Shown here: one piece after another, positions 12,873 to 25,600 of the stretch
Layout of the letters: every line of letters starts with the position of its first letter
How positions within the stretch are numbered: position 1 is the first letter of the stretch
From: Eukaryota sp. GEM-RC1
Lineage: Eukaryota
DNA: 64,000 nt
Direction: 5' to 3'
Assembly: GCA_040285855.1 (NCBI GenBank)
Contig: JAUFOQ010000001.1
Coordinates: forward strand, 3,410,001-3,474,000
Notes under the pieces: model-generated
What the model was told of the DNA's origin: nothing
The model's input: only the letters and a program-made list of their open reading frames with translations
The model's database searches: none
Made by a program: the position numbers and the translations under genes

Positions 12873-13796
12873 AATGATAATAACAGGGGAAGGAAATGAA
12901 ATACATAATGAAACTTCTTTTTGTAAAAGACCAAATAATACAACTGATGTTGAAAACGAGTTGAAAACAAGTTTGACACAATCAGGTACAATGGAAAGTG
13001 TTACATCTATATGGATGCGTTTTTGCAAAAGAGTAATGATACAGTGGTAAGTCAGAACTATTATTACAGTAAGCTTTTCATACACGTGACACGACAAAGC
13101 AATAAATGGAACATTGATTTACTTTAATACTACATGTATGTTCGTTGTGCAATTCTTCTTGTCTGTTGATTGTATGTTTTATAAGCACCAAAGTTGTTCA
13201 ATCATTAGATTTGTTGTGCAGTTGTGCATCGGACTGATTTAATGGTCAACGTGTTATTAGAGAACGTTGGAGTAGAAAATCAGATGGAAATACAATTATG
13301 ATCAATCTTATAGTAATGCCAAATTGAAACGTCGTCGGTGAATAATTCGTGAATAACATTACACACGTCTGATATTAAAACTCTTACTTTTCAAAGTCTG
13401 AAATCACATCTTATATTTAAAAAGCAAGCACTAACCCACAGACACTTTAATCTTGTCCCATAGATTCACAAAGTTCAGGTTGAATTTCCTGAACCTACTT
13501 ATCAAACTGTGGAAAAATTTTTCTTTTTGATATATGTTTTTACATGTAACAAGTTGATGAAAGAACCATAACCAATTCAACAACTCAAAACTAGACACTG
13601 CATGAAGCACAATATCCGAAAAACAGACACAAATTTGAATTTTATAAATAGTCGACATCCAAAAACTAAAAAAATATACTACAATGAATACAGGATATAA
13701 AGAACTTTTCAACAAATAGATCGACACCATTACTAAACATAAACAAAACTAATCCCAGTTCAATCATTTCTTACACCAATCAACTAATAGAGATCA

Positions 13797-15794
13797 CTAC
13801 TCGTCACCCAAAGTCAATGCCTCAGACTGAATATCGACCCATTCCTCCTCTTCATGTTTCAAATACTGACTGTCATCAACTGGAACATGAAGCTCCTTAC
13901 TTTTGTATAACAGAGAAGGTGATCCTTTTGACTTGGAATCAAAAGACAAATTAGTTAGAATAAAAGCTACTGAAGGTTCAACTAGATTTCTTACATCAGG
14001 ACATGCTAATAATGACTTGCACAAGAGCTCAATCATTTCTTCAAGGTCAGAACCTCGACATACCAATGATTGTCTCAAGATTTCTCTTGACCAAGCCAAA
14101 TGAGCATTACAAGAACCAGAGTGGTCTAGACGAGGTTCGATTTGATCTTGAGTGGTAATCATTACAATCAAAGGAGCAACTGCCGTTTTGATCTGGGGAT
14201 GAGCTATTGACAGAATAGGTTCAATGAACGAAGCGGACACTTTAAGGTGTTGGAGAGCAGAGTCTATACAAACTTGAAGATAATTTAAAATTGTCTCCTC
14301 AAGTTTAGACAGAAACAGAGTAGCAAAATGACGAGAAGACTTGCATCCTAGCGCGTCTAAAGCATCGGAAACTGCATCAACTTCATCAGGATCAATGTCA
14401 ATCATTTCTGATTCAACATTTTCTGATTGATGATTATCTAATTGCTGTGGTGATTGAGCTTCATGTTGTACATGTTCCTCTTCAACGTCATCAATGACGT
14501 GAGATTCCAGTTCATTATCATCGTCTTCTTGGTAAAGAAACTCATCAGAATCATAGGAATCGTCATCTTTATCTGATTCCTTTTGATTCTCAAGCATTTT
14601 GAGATCATTTTGAGCTTGTTGGAGTTGTTTGACTCTGTCAGCAAAGGAAAGTGTCTGTGATGTAAGCAGTGGTGATTGCTGATCCTCAGCTTGATTTGAT
14701 TGAACCGGAGAATGAGAGCTTTGTACTGGTGAATGATTGGAATACGTTGGTGATTGAACCAAAGGGGAAAGTGAACGTGATTGCGGTGATCTAGACGGAG
14801 ACGTTTCCTGGACTGACAAATTCTCTAAAATGATACAGTTAAAAACTGACACAGCCACACTTGCCTGTTTCTGACCTGCCTTTTTAACCCGGTCAACAAC
14901 CTGACTCACAGTGCCACGTCCCTTAAACACGTGTTTTACAGCCTTCACAGCAGAAGCAAGAGGAATTCTTCCACCAAGACGTACTTTACCACACACATTC
15001 CTAGCAGAAAGGATCATCAACAGAGCATCTACTGAGTAAAACTGTTCAAAGAAGTTACCAAACAACTCAATATCAGCCTCATTGACTCTATACCTATCCA
15101 GGTTAATCATGAACTCAATACAATTCTCCAAGACAAGTTTATCAATGCCAAGTGTACGTCGTATGTAGTCAACACTGAAGGAAGGGATGTCAGAAGGAGG
15201 AGTTAGGATGGAGGAATCTTGGAGATCAAGGGAAGCTTTTTGCTGGTAACGAAGGTGAGCACTCCAGAAAGAGTCGTAAACGCCGTCTATGGTCTTGAGA
15301 AGCCACGTGGCAGCACGTTTACGAGTCTTGGATATAAGAGATGCGCAGTGGGCTGTGGAATCGGGGTGGTCTGATAGAGAGAGAAGAGTGGAGCAGAAGG
15401 TAGGGTATTTGGAGTAGAAATTGTCCCAGGCTTTGAAGGCGGCAGCGTCTGGTCTGCGATGTGGTGGGACTAGAGGAGTGTTTGAAGCAGGGGTATGATG
15501 AGGTTTAGATTGTTTTGATGGGGTTTTAGAGGGATTTTTCGGCCTTGGATGAGATTGGGGGACGATTTTGGGTTGAGGTTGAGGAGAAAGTGAAGCACGT
15601 GGATGTTCTGGTTGAGAAGTGGGTTGAGGAGCAACAGATGTGTCTGCTTTAGGCTTCGTCTTCCTCTTAACTTTGATCGTTGTGATGTAATTGCCAGTAT
15701 CATCTTGAACAAACTGAGCATTGTGTTTGAGCAGAAGTTGTAGATATCTTTCTTTCTGGTGTTGAGGAAGTTCTGAAAGTGATGTTTCCTTCAT
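13797..15794 (-). CDS. Uncharacterised 665-aa protein (gene X, intact parent copy)
   Basis: Uninterrupted ATG-to-stop ORF. Pro/Lys-rich N-terminus, helical core (WLLKTIDGVYD...IELFGNFFEQFYSVDALLMIL, loosely reminiscent of TSNAXIP1-like protist proteins, unverified), Ser/Pro and acidic linkers. Confidence 0.88.
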   Translation of the reverse strand: MKETSLSELPQHQKERYLQLLLKHNAQFVQDDTGNYITTIKVKRKTKPKADTSVAPQPTSQPEHPRASLSPQPQPKIVPQSHPRPKNPSKTPSKQSKPHHTPASNTPLVPPHRRPDAAAFKAWDNFYSKYPTFCSTLLSLSDHPDSTAHCASLISKTRKRAATWLLKTIDGVYDSFWSAHLRYQQKASLDLQDSSILTPPSDIPSFSVDYIRRTLGIDKLVLENCIEFMINLDRYRVNEADIELFGNFFEQFYSVDALLMILSARNVCGKVRLGGRIPLASAVKAVKHVFKGRGTVSQVVDRVKKAGQKQASVAVSVFNCIILENLSVQETSPSRSPQSRSLSPLVQSPTYSNHSPVQSSHSPVQSNQAEDQQSPLLTSQTLSFADRVKQLQQAQNDLKMLENQKESDKDDDSYDSDEFLYQEDDDNELESHVIDDVEEEHVQHEAQSPQQLDNHQSENVESEMIDIDPDEVDAVSDALDALGCKSSRHFATLFLSKLEETILNYLQVCIDSALQHLKVSASFIEPILSIAHPQIKTAVAPLIVMITTQDQIEPRLDHSGSCNAHLAWSREILRQSLVCRGSDLEEMIELLCKSLLACPDVRNLVEPSVAFILTNLSFDSKSKGSPSLLYKSKELHVPVDDSQYLKHEEEEWVDIQSEALTLGDE

Positions 15795-15969
15795 GTGAAG
15801 AATTTTATTTGTACAAATTCAATGTTTATGTTGTTATGAGTTTTTCATATTAAGTCTTCCAGTGGAGTGTAACAAAAGTATCCGAAATCACGGAACCTTC
15901 AGAAGTAAATAATATAGGTTTTCTTATATTCCAAATTTGTGTTTTAACCTTTTGCTGTTACTCTTTTTG

Positions 15970-16280
15970 GATCGATTAGTCCTGCTGGTGATCAATTTTT
16001 CAAGGATTTTGATGAGCTGTGTAAAGAAAAGAAGCAGCCTAGGCGTAAGTTTAGAATGGCTGAATGGAAAAACCGTATAGTGTTTTCCATATATAGGAAT
16101 ATTACCTTTTATTCATCTGGATTAATTGAGAAATTGTACAAGTGTGGTGTGAAGGTTAACGTTGAAAAACGTAATCTTTATACCGGGTGGTCATGAAGTC
16201 GTTTGGATTGAATCTTAGTATGATTTGTTTGTTTTTGCAATTTAATAGTTTTGTAGGAAGGTTACCCTGTTGGGCACCAA
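15970..16280 (+). mobile_element. 3' end relic of a non-LTR retrotransposon (RLE/CRE-like)
   Basis: Translates GSISPAGDQFFKDFDELCKEKK...WKNRIVFSIYR, resembling the C-terminus of restriction-like-endonuclease LINEs; near-identical copy at 54270-54570; followed by a shared 3' hairpin motif. Confidence 0.55.
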
Positions 16281-16761
16281 CTAACATTTATATAGGTCTT
16301 CTTCAGTTACTTCGAAATAGTTTATTCTGTTGATTCCAAACGACTTGTTTGAAATGTATGTACTTGTAACATTTGTAGACAGCAGATTGAAGTTCAAAGT
16401 GGAGAAAACTGTCTCTCATTTCTTTAAAAAACAGGTTTTTTGGATGTCAGTACACCCCACATAGAAGTATTAGTTACATTACTGTTAGTTTTTAAACAAA
16501 TGTTACAGGAGATATTTGACTCATGTCAAGAGGTTGGAATTACAAATATGGATAACGACTGTTCAGAAGAAAACGAATAAAACCGTTGTGTGAATTTCTT
16601 TTCCCATAAACTATCGATTCGTGTGCTGATAAATTATGATATTCTTCCAACAAGCTATGATATTCAGCCGCATTTTCTAATAGTCCCATTCTTGCTGATA
16701 AACGGAAGAGTATGAAGCGAAAATTTAAAAAATTTAGAATTCTACATATTGACAAGTAAAT

Positions 16762-18798
16762 TTAATAGGATAATAAAATATCACAAACTGTCACGTTCTT
16801 TTCCAACCACTCATAATCAAGTCCATTCTGTTTACGATAATCAACAAAAGCTGTGATTAAATCAGAAAGATTGAAAAGGTTGACACCCACTAGACAATCA
16901 ACCAATTGCTCTCTGTTTACAATACCCAACTCAAGCCAATTTGACAATATTGGTGCCAAAAACTCACCTGCTTTTGGGGAATCTTCCAAAAGATCATCAA
17001 ACTTCCCATCTTTACAGAACTTAAAAAAACCAGCTGCAACGTGATGCTTTGTCAATCCATTCTTATCCTTGAGTAATTCAACCATAATAGATTGAAACTG
17101 GTCTCGAAGCAGGGGTTTGTTCAAGTTAGTAAAGTGGAACAATACATCAGCAACAAAAGTAATCTTGTTTGGTTCTGATAACTGAAGTTTGTAGAACTCT
17201 GAAAATAAAGCAGTAAGTCCCATCTTATCAAGATTTTCAACAAACTTCTGAGCATGCTCATCAGTACAAAGTCTAGCTTTTGATCCTTTCTTACTGAGTG
17301 CAACAGCAACAAAACCATCTTCAGATTTCTTACTAGTAGCTTGATCAGAAGTCAAAAGACCTCCCTTGCGAGCTTGTTCTCGTTGATTTTCCTTGAAATA
17401 GACCATCCAATTAGCACATAGACAACGTTCTTTAACAGGAATGTCCATAGACTTCGAGAACTCACTGATGTACTTGGCCACGACTGTCTCAATATATTCA
17501 TTGATTCCAGCTGATTCAAGTAGTTTAGTCCATAGAGTTACAAGACTTTGAATTGCCATTGGTTTTTGGAAGTTTTGAACTAATTGTTTAGTAATTGCTG
17601 ACACTGCTCCTGGAGGTATAACTGAGAAAAGAATCAAAGAAGCAACAAAGCGAAGATTACCCAAGACCTTTGCCTTCAACTGGTTTTCTCTATACAACCG
17701 TTCATCATCAAGTTGAGCTTCGGGAACATATCCGTCGAAAATGAACCGATCTCTTTTGACTTTTTCAATTAATTCATCAATTTCATCGGAGAGTGAACTA
17801 TCTGTGACGAAGTATTTCTCAAAGTGAAACTGACACTTTCTGATTAAAACTCCTGATAGGCCTGGAAATTCTTTGGTTAACGTGAGACAAAGCTGGGAGT
17901 AAAGATCGACAAAAGGAGGTTCCATCACAGCCTTGTCAAACAGAAGATTGACAAACTCAAACTTAAATGCTGCAAACATTTCGTCTGAAAGTGTTTTTGA
18001 ACAAGGATGTTGTTTCTTAAAGATATCTATAATACTACTGAAGATCTTAGCCTTATTAGATTGTGAGAGCTTGTTCAACAAACCAGTGACCTCTTTAAGT
18101 GTAGCTAAAAGAGGATCTTGCTTGACTTTGTTCTGTTGTTCTTGAAAATCGTAAGAACATGCACTTCTAGAGATTGCTTTGGGTAGATGGGAGTGTGATT
18201 GTCTAGAATGGCTGATCCGATGATTCGTTCGACCGCCTCTACCTCCTCTAGTGTTACGACGCTGTTCAGAAGGACGTCTAGCTGCGGCTGCTTGATGTAA
18301 CTCAAGAACATTCTTGATATACATCTCTACATCAGGAGGTAAAAGACAGGAAGTGGAACGAAGAGAAAGGACGACTTCAATGGAATACCTAGGAACCTGG
18401 GGGCTATTGATCACACATTCTTCAAGTGGAGGAGGAGAATGACACTGTTTTGTAAGAGGTGATAACGATAACTTACTAGCAGATCCTGTTCCTAAAGGTT
18501 GTGATATTGCTTTAGCTTGTTTCTTTTCCTTCTCTTGCAGATACTTCTCTTTAAAGTGAGCGTCTAGTGGATGTTCCCAGTAAGATTCTTGGGTCAAGTG
18601 GTTGAAGTAGTAGACAGATTCAGCATGGTGTTTGTAGGCAGTCCAGCCATCAGGAAGTGGAGCATTAATACCCTCCTTTGCTATCCACAAAAGATCAGCA
18701 TCATCGACAGGATCCATTCCAAGATACTCAGCATATTCCATCACTTCCGATTCAGTGGGTTCATAATTTGGATCAGGTGGAGGAAGTGCTTCAGGCAT
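16762..18798 (-). CDS. eIF4G-like protein: CEP164-type N-terminal WW domain + eIF4E-binding-like motif + RGG + MIF4G + MA3-like domain
   Basis: DPNYEPTESEVMEYAEYLGMDP..DADLLWIAKEG..APLPDGW...YYFNHLTQESYWEHP (CEP164-type WW); RYSIEVVLSLR; RGGRGG; MIF4G (EVTGLLNKLS, LLFDKAVMEPPFVDLYSQLC, KVLGNLRFVASL); MA3-like (DDLLEDSPKAGEFLA). Likely ATG at 18798; intact. Confidence 0.88.
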   Translation of the reverse strand: MPEALPPPDPNYEPTESEVMEYAEYLGMDPVDDADLLWIAKEGINAPLPDGWTAYKHHAESVYYFNHLTQESYWEHPLDAHFKEKYLQEKEKKQAKAISQPLGTGSASKLSLSPLTKQCHSPPPLEECVINSPQVPRYSIEVVLSLRSTSCLLPPDVEMYIKNVLELHQAAAARRPSEQRRNTRGGRGGRTNHRISHSRQSHSHLPKAISRSACSYDFQEQQNKVKQDPLLATLKEVTGLLNKLSQSNKAKIFSSIIDIFKKQHPCSKTLSDEMFAAFKFEFVNLLFDKAVMEPPFVDLYSQLCLTLTKEFPGLSGVLIRKCQFHFEKYFVTDSSLSDEIDELIEKVKRDRFIFDGYVPEAQLDDERLYRENQLKAKVLGNLRFVASLILFSVIPPGAVSAITKQLVQNFQKPMAIQSLVTLWTKLLESAGINEYIETVVAKYISEFSKSMDIPVKERCLCANWMVYFKENQREQARKGGLLTSDQATSKKSEDGFVAVALSKKGSKARLCTDEHAQKFVENLDKMGLTALFSEFYKLQLSEPNKITFVADVLFHFTNLNKPLLRDQFQSIMVELLKDKNGLTKHHVAAGFFKFCKDGKFDDLLEDSPKAGEFLAPILSNWLELGIVNREQLVDCLVGVNLFNLSDLITAFVDYRKQNGLDYEWLEKNVTVCDILLSY

Positions 18799-19990
18799 GG
18801 GAAGAGTGAGGACGGATAATTGATGTAGAGCACAGTGGAAGGTTCTGAAATGGAAGTGTTTCAATCTAGAATTCATTTCAAAAAGACAAGTCGGGTTTGA
18901 TGATATAGTTCATGAGTCAGACTGCGATTCATCTGATGAGATGCATATAGAACTATTAGAAACCGTATGTTTAGCATACATGTTGTCTAGATTCTTAAAT
19001 GTCATCGAAGGAACAATCACACTTTGGCCAAATAGTCTTTGGGCTTTTTTTACTACTACTATAGCAGTATGAATATCATACATATTACACATTATTCGGT
19101 ACCCAATAAGGTAACCTTCCTACAACACTATAAACTATTTGTTTGCAGTAATCACCGGAAACAGTTGAAGCATACTCTTTTGTGCAATCAGTCATTTCAA
19201 CACTACAAAGCAGATTTCCAGGGTATACTGAACAAATTGTTTAAAGTACGGTGTAGAACATCCGATATCTATTGATACTGCATTAGTACAATATATATCG
19301 ATGTTTCTTTCATTTATGTGTAAAGAGTTTCATATTAAACAACTCACAATCACTCTTCTAGTTATTATTAGTCAGTGTTCCCCAAACAATCGTAAATGTA
19401 AACACGGCAACCTCATTATCTTGAGCAATGTAATAGATTTAGGAAATGATTTGGGCTAATCTTTTGATTGATTATACTTTGGATTGCAGATTGGATGAAT
19501 GTTGAAATAGATAGTACTAGTTCAAGCACTGACTCTCAGTTCAATTTCTGATAAAGCTTGATAGTCACTGACTGGTTATTAAGACCAATTCAAAACATAC
19601 TTGAATGAAGTAACCGAATTTTGTGTGAAAAAGTCTGGACAGTTCATTTCAGATCACACTTCTTTTGAACTGAATTAATTAAATAAACAAAAACAGAGAT
19701 CAATCCGTTCAAAAGTAGAAACGGAAAATCACATGTAACATGCTAAAAAAATTCAAAAATTCTAATCGTAATATAATTCAAAAGAAAGTTAAAGTCTTAT
19801 CAGCATCTGAGGAATAACCATGAAGACTGAAACTACTCCTATAGTAGTCCTAAAACTTTGGTTGGATGTCTTATAGCATTGAAGCCAAATTGCCAATCTG
19901 AAATTGGTTCAATTGTTTGAAAACTTTGCATTGGAATCGAATGACCAAAAAGTGAAGAACTAATATGTCAGACATGATCACCTTTATACT

Positions 19991-20090
19991 GTACCCAAAA
20001 GAGTAACTTTCCTACAAAATGTCAATTTGTAAAATCAATCAAACAATACTAAGACCAAGTCCCAACGACTTCATCCGGATTTAGTAAAAC
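19991..20090 (-). mobile_element. Non-LTR retrotransposon 3' terminus relic
   Basis: Reverse strand reads GATGAAGTCGTTGGGA...TTTTGTAGGAAAGTTACTCTTTTGGGTAC, matching the element ends at 16193-16278 and 54486-54567. Confidence 0.5.
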
Positions 20091-20415
20091 ATTAAGTTTC
20101 TCTAGACAGTAGAACCACACAATATCGGAGAAGTTTAGCTTGTATTATTCTATTGTTGCAAATTGGGGTTTGATGGGTGTCCAGTCTTACATTTTCTGAA
20201 TTAGTACGTGTTAATGAATAACTACAAAGGTACAATAAACATGAGAAACGTAGTTATCCACACGTAGAGCGTCTACCCATTGATGAAAAATAGTAATTCA
20301 ATCAATATCAAAAACCATAGCAGCAGCCTGAAAAATCTGTGTAATTATCAGTGGAAGTGTGTCAAATTACCGTTGTGTATCGTATGTTAGACATGATGTT
20401 TACAAATTTACAAAT

Positions 20416-23176
20416 TTAGTGGGTTGCTAAAATACTACAAACTTTCACGTTCTTTTCCAGCCACTCACAATCAAATTCAAGCTCTCTGCGATAATTAACA
20501 AAAGGTGTGACTAAACCAGAAAGATTAAAGGGGTCAATGCTCACAAAACAATCAACCAATTGCTCTCTTTTTACAATACCCAACTCAAGCCAATTTGACA
20601 ATATTGGTGCCAAAAACTCACCTGCTTTTGGGAAATCTTCCAAAAGATCATCAAACTTCCCATCCTTACAGAACTTAAAAAAACCAGCTGCAAAGTGATG
20701 CTTTCTCAATCCATTCTTATCATTGAGTAATTCAATCATTAAAGATTGAAACTGGACTCGAAGCAGGGGTTTGTTCAAGTTAGTAAAGTGGAACAATACA
20801 TCAGCAACAAAAGTAATCTTGTTTGGTTCTGATAAGTGAAGTCTGTAGAATTCTGGCACTAAATCAGAAATTCCCATCTTATCAATATTTGCAACAAACT
20901 TCTGGGCATGTTCATCAGTATAAAGTCTAGCTTTTTTTCCTTTCCTACTTCTTGTTTGTCCACGTTGTTTTTCCTTGAAAAGGTCCAACCAATTAGAACA
21001 TAGACAACGCTCTCTAACCGGAATTTCTTTACAAGTAGAGAACTGAGTGATTTGTTTGGCCACGACTTTCTCAACATATTCATTGATTTTAGCTGATTCA
21101 AGTAGTTTAGTCCATAAAGTTACAAGACCTTCAATTGCTAATGGTTTTTGGAAGTTTTCAAATAATTGGTTAGTGATTTCTGAAGATAATTCTAGCGGAA
21201 CAACTGAATGAAGAATTAAAGAAGCAACGAAGCGTAGGTTGCCCAAAACATTTGCCTTGAATTTGCGTTCACTATATAACCGTTCATCATCAAGTTGAGC
21301 TTCAGTGGCACTCCAGCGGTTAACAAAAAGATCTCTCTTGAATTTCCCAATTAATTCATCAATTTTAACTGAGAGTGAACTATCTGTGAGAAAGTAATTC
21401 CCAAAGTGAAACTGACACGTTCTGAATAAAATTTTTGACAACGAGGGATACTCCTTGGATAATTTGAGACAGAGTTGAGAGTAAAGATCGACAAAAGGAG
21501 GTTCCATCACGGCCTTGTCAAACAGAAGATTGATAAACTCAATCTTGAAATCTGCAAGTAAGTCATGAGAAAAATTCTTTGAACATGGAGCTTGTCTGTT
21601 AAAGATTTGAACAGTACTACGGAAGATGCTAGTCTGGTTAGACTCTGAGAGTTTGTTCAATAAACCTGTGACCTCTTTGAGTACATCGAGGAGAGGACCT
21701 TGTTTGGCCTTGTCGCGTCGAATGATGTTTTGAATGAGGAGTGAAACATTCTCATGAAGTGGACAAGATTTGAGAGGCAGAGAACGGAAGAATTCAGGAG
21801 AATAACTACAGAATGATTCTTTTTCGGTGGTTAAACATGTTGGGGCCAGTGGAACGTGTGAAGTAGCTGAGAAAGAACTTGGCCAAGGATCAAGAAGTTC
21901 GTATTTCCCTTCAAGAGATCTAGGTCGTGATCGTTCTTGAAAACGTTTACATATAAACCCATCATCGCTTAACTTAGAGCATTTCGGATCAAAAGAAAAC
22001 GCCAAAGCGTTCTTGTTGAACTTATTCTGTTTAGACATTCTGACTGCAGAATCAGACAACGTTTCTGAGACTCTGTCAACTACGGGGCAAACGACGCTTA
22101 GACTATTTGAAAGGCTTTGTCCACGTTGTTTTTCCTTGAAAAGGTCCAACCAAGTAGAACATAGATGACGCTCTCTAACGGGAATGTCTTTACAAGTAGA
22201 GAACTTAGTGATTTGTTCAGCCACGACTGTTTCAATATATTCATTGATTCCAGCTGATTCAAGTAGTTTAGTCCATAGAGTTACAAAAGCTTCAATTGCC
22301 AGTGGCTTTTGGAAGTCTTGAACTAATTCTCTAGTAATTGCTGAAGCTACTCCTGGAGGAACAACTGAGAAAAGAATTAAAGAAGCAACAAATTCCACAT
22401 TGTCCCAAACCTTTGCCTTCAACTTGTTTTCCCTAAACAACCGTTCATCATCAAGTTGAGCTTCGGTGGCACTCCAGTGATTAACAAAAAGATCTCTCTT
22501 GCCTTGCTCAAGTTGATCAGGGATCTCATGTGATATTGTACTATTTTGGACGAAGAATATTTCAAAGTTAACATGACACTTCCGGATTAAAACAGGTAAA
22601 AAGTCAGGAAATATCTTGGATAACTGTAGACAAAATTGAGAGTAAAGATTGACAAACTGAGGTTCAAGAACAGCCTTATCGAAGATATAAGTTACAAAAT
22701 CTGTCTTAAACTCATCAAGTAGTTCATCAGAAAGAGTTTTTGAACAAGGGTGTTGTCTGTTAAAGATTTGAACAATACTACTGAAGATGCTAGTCTTGTT
22801 AGACTCTGAGAGTTTGTTCAACAAACCAGTACTTTCATCAGATGCAGCAAAGAGAGGATCTTGTTTAGCCTTGTCGTGTCGAATGATGTTTTGACCGTGG
22901 AAAGACACATCCTCATGAAGTGGACGAGATTTTGGATGCAGAGAACGGGAGAATTCAGGGGAACAACTATAGGAGGATTCAAATTCGGTGGGTAAACATG
23001 TTGGGGCCAGTGACCGTGAAGTAGCTGAAGAAAGAGATGGCCAAGAGTCAAGAATGGAGATTGCGTTGGGAGATTTAGACCGTGATCGATCTGTGAGCCC
23101 AACTTGTCCGAATTTATGAGAGCCTTTCGGAACGAAAGGTTTGGCCTTCTCGATCGAACTTGGATGGTCTAGACAT
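20416..23176 (-). CDS. eIF4G-like protein with two tandem [PAM2-like + 4E-motif-like + MIF4G] units and a C-terminal MA3-like domain
   Basis: Two MIF4G domains (TGLLNKLSESN...FDKAV(L/M)EP.FV.LYSQ.C); C-terminus paralogous to 16762..18798. Probable start MSRPSKF (ATG 23176) is out of frame with the main ORF; unit 2 starts in frame at MSKQNKF (22038). Confidence 0.82.
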
Positions 23177-23308
23177 TCGTATCGCAAAAACAAAACCAAC
23201 AAAAATAAAAGATCTACCTGACAAACACGTGTTAGTACGTGTTGACACGCTACAAAAATCATTAACACGCATTTTTTCCAGACACAAAGTTGTGGTGTTA
23301 GATTGGAT

Positions 23309-23729
23309 TAGGGATGAGGTAGAATATATGGCCGTAATACGGACTCTGATTTTTGCATTGCTGTAAATTATTCCGTACTTTGGAATATACGGTGAATATA
23401 TTCTTTCCGTACATTTACAAACAAACAAACAAACAAAGGGTGACAAATCTGTATTAAATGAATACAAACGACAACTATTAATCAATTATATGTACTTCTT
23501 GTTCTTCTATGACGGGTTTCAAAATCAAAGCTTTACGAATAACTTCTTCATCCCACAACTTTTCATTTGATCTGAGAAAGAGATCCATTGCCAGTGTTTC
23601 AGGAGTTACCCTGTGTCTATTCGAACCCAAGCGGTGCTTAGCAATACTGAACAGACGTTCAACAACATTTGTTGTAGCATGAATATACTCAAGATTCAGA
23701 TATTGGGAATTTCTAGCTTTGGATGACAA
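23309..23729 (-). mobile_element. hAT transposon end with transposase C-terminal dimerisation domain relic
   Basis: ATTNVVERLFSIAKHRLGSNRHRVTPETLAMDLFLRSN fits the hAT dimerisation motif (ERxFS...R.RL); Ac-like terminus TAGGGATGAG at 23309 with CCGTA/TACGG subterminal motifs. Partner TIR not found. Confidence 0.75.
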
Positions 23730-24689
23730 TGTGTGACATTAAATTAGTAAAACCCTTAGAAGAGATACGTTTAACTCCACAATCATATTGCTTTTTGGAG
23801 TCAAACAAGTGGCCAGGTTGAGAATCTACTAGCGAGAAAAAGTGCGCAGATGCTTGTTTATTGGTAGGGGTGGGTTTGGACCTTTAATTTGGCCTGAAAG
23901 TTAAGGCTTCATCTCAAAAACAGTCCTGGATGTTTCGATTCATAATTTCTGCCATTATAAAGTTCAGAGTGAAATACACAGTTATTCTTCCACATACAGT
24001 TTTTTTCACCTGTTCGGCCAAATATACACAGTAGTCCGTGAGTTGTATGCCGAACTAGGGACAAACTTACTACGAGTTTCTATCCTCAACTTGGATACTT
24101 CCATCGCCCAGTTGAGATGTTTTTTTCAGGATGGCTGTGGTCTGTGCAGACATCAATCAGCTGTCTCGAAATTCTCATATCATGTTCTCTCATCATAACC
24201 TATTCCCTACTGTTGCACGTCTTCCCGATCACTTCATCACATCTGAGTAATATAGAAGAGCTGCTTATCTTATGATTAAATCAGTTTGTCCTTTTCCTCT
24301 CACTGACACTAGTATCCTCATTCCTGGATCTCTCACGTGTCATGTCCTTTATTTTGGTCCTATCAACTTCGTCGCGTTAGGAAGGTGATAACGTCATGTC
24401 TTGTTGATTGTTTTCCGGTAATGACCTCCAGAATTGTTTCTCAATGTTTTCTGTTGAAACTTAAATTGGTGTAGTTCTATTCAGTGGAGGAAGGAATTTT
24501 CACTACTCAGAATTTCACATTTCGTAAAACGAATTACAATCAATCGATTGTAAATGAATTTACTTTAAACTGCATCAATTTGTTGCTATTCTTTCCATTT
24601 TGTTAGTTTTCTTTTTTTTCGATGTGATGTATTTTTCAAAAACATACTGAAAAAACAAGTATAGTATTATTCCTCGTTGACAGAATCAA

Positions 24690-25600
24690 CAAAAGTAAAA
24701 GAAAGAGAATGCTGATTATGTTTTACTTATCGTCACTATCTCTACAAGATACCTTCAGGATTTTGATTGGTTAAAGCCCATAACAACAGTATCATTTCCA
24801 GTGTATTTGAAAGTTCCATCAATATTTCCCTGGTTCCTCAACTTTCAAGTATACACATTACCTCGAAGAAGTGGATCTTCTCCCAAGATCTATCCTCATA
24901 TACTAACACAAACATCAACTCTCTTTCTATCCCCACTAACTTGTAACTGAGAATGTTTCCTAGTTTGAGAGAATCTAATCACTTTTGATTGGGACAGTAT
25001 GAGACTTTAGGCTATGTGTCTGATCAAATCTTCCATTTCTTGTTGTCAATTAGTTTTGTCTACAATAACTGTTAATTTTTAATCAAGAAACTTCAAAGTC
25101 ATCACTTTTAAGGTAAAGTATTTCTTCAATGAAAAATGTTTCAATGAACGGTGGTGATAAAACACAACAGTAGTAAAAGAGAGATGATATTCGATATATA
25201 TTCGATATATTATTAATTCGATGTATCTACTTCCGTTAACAATAGGATTTTATGTTTACTACTACAGTTGTTGAGCAAAACCACTTTCATAATTGATTTA
25301 TGCATTGACAGCTCATTAGTGTTCACATTAATTGAAAATAGAATTAAACCAGCAAACCTCAGACCCAAAAGGCCAGCAGGTACGACAGTAATCCACTGAA
25401 ACAATGGCCAAGGGTCTTTTATATTTAATTACCACCAGCATTATCACTTCCAGATACATCAAAGGTTTAGCTTTAGTGGACTCTCGACATCAGTATGCTT
25501 TTTTGTGTGTATTTGCGAGTACACCCCTCGTACCTCAACTTCCGAGTTTACACATTACCTGGAAGAAGTGGATCTTCTCCCAAGATATTTCTGTCTTTAT
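24690..25600 (-). pseudogene. Two degraded fragments of a related beta-rich (possibly SPRY-like) domain
   Basis: Similar segments at ~24840-24890 and ~25535-25590 read LGEDPLL(R/P)GNV...KLR on the minus strand, with stops and frameshifts. Confidence 0.35.

Larger units (their letters stand above)
3790..15480. repeat. Tandem segmental array, ~4.4-4.6 kb period: [gene X + spacer + BTB gene], about 2.5-3 copies
   Basis: Near-identical gene X 3' regions ending at 4788, 9387 and 13797; BTB starts at 8347, 12872 and 2154; shared spacers (e.g. ~4060-4790 vs ~8665-9390). Confidence 0.93.
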
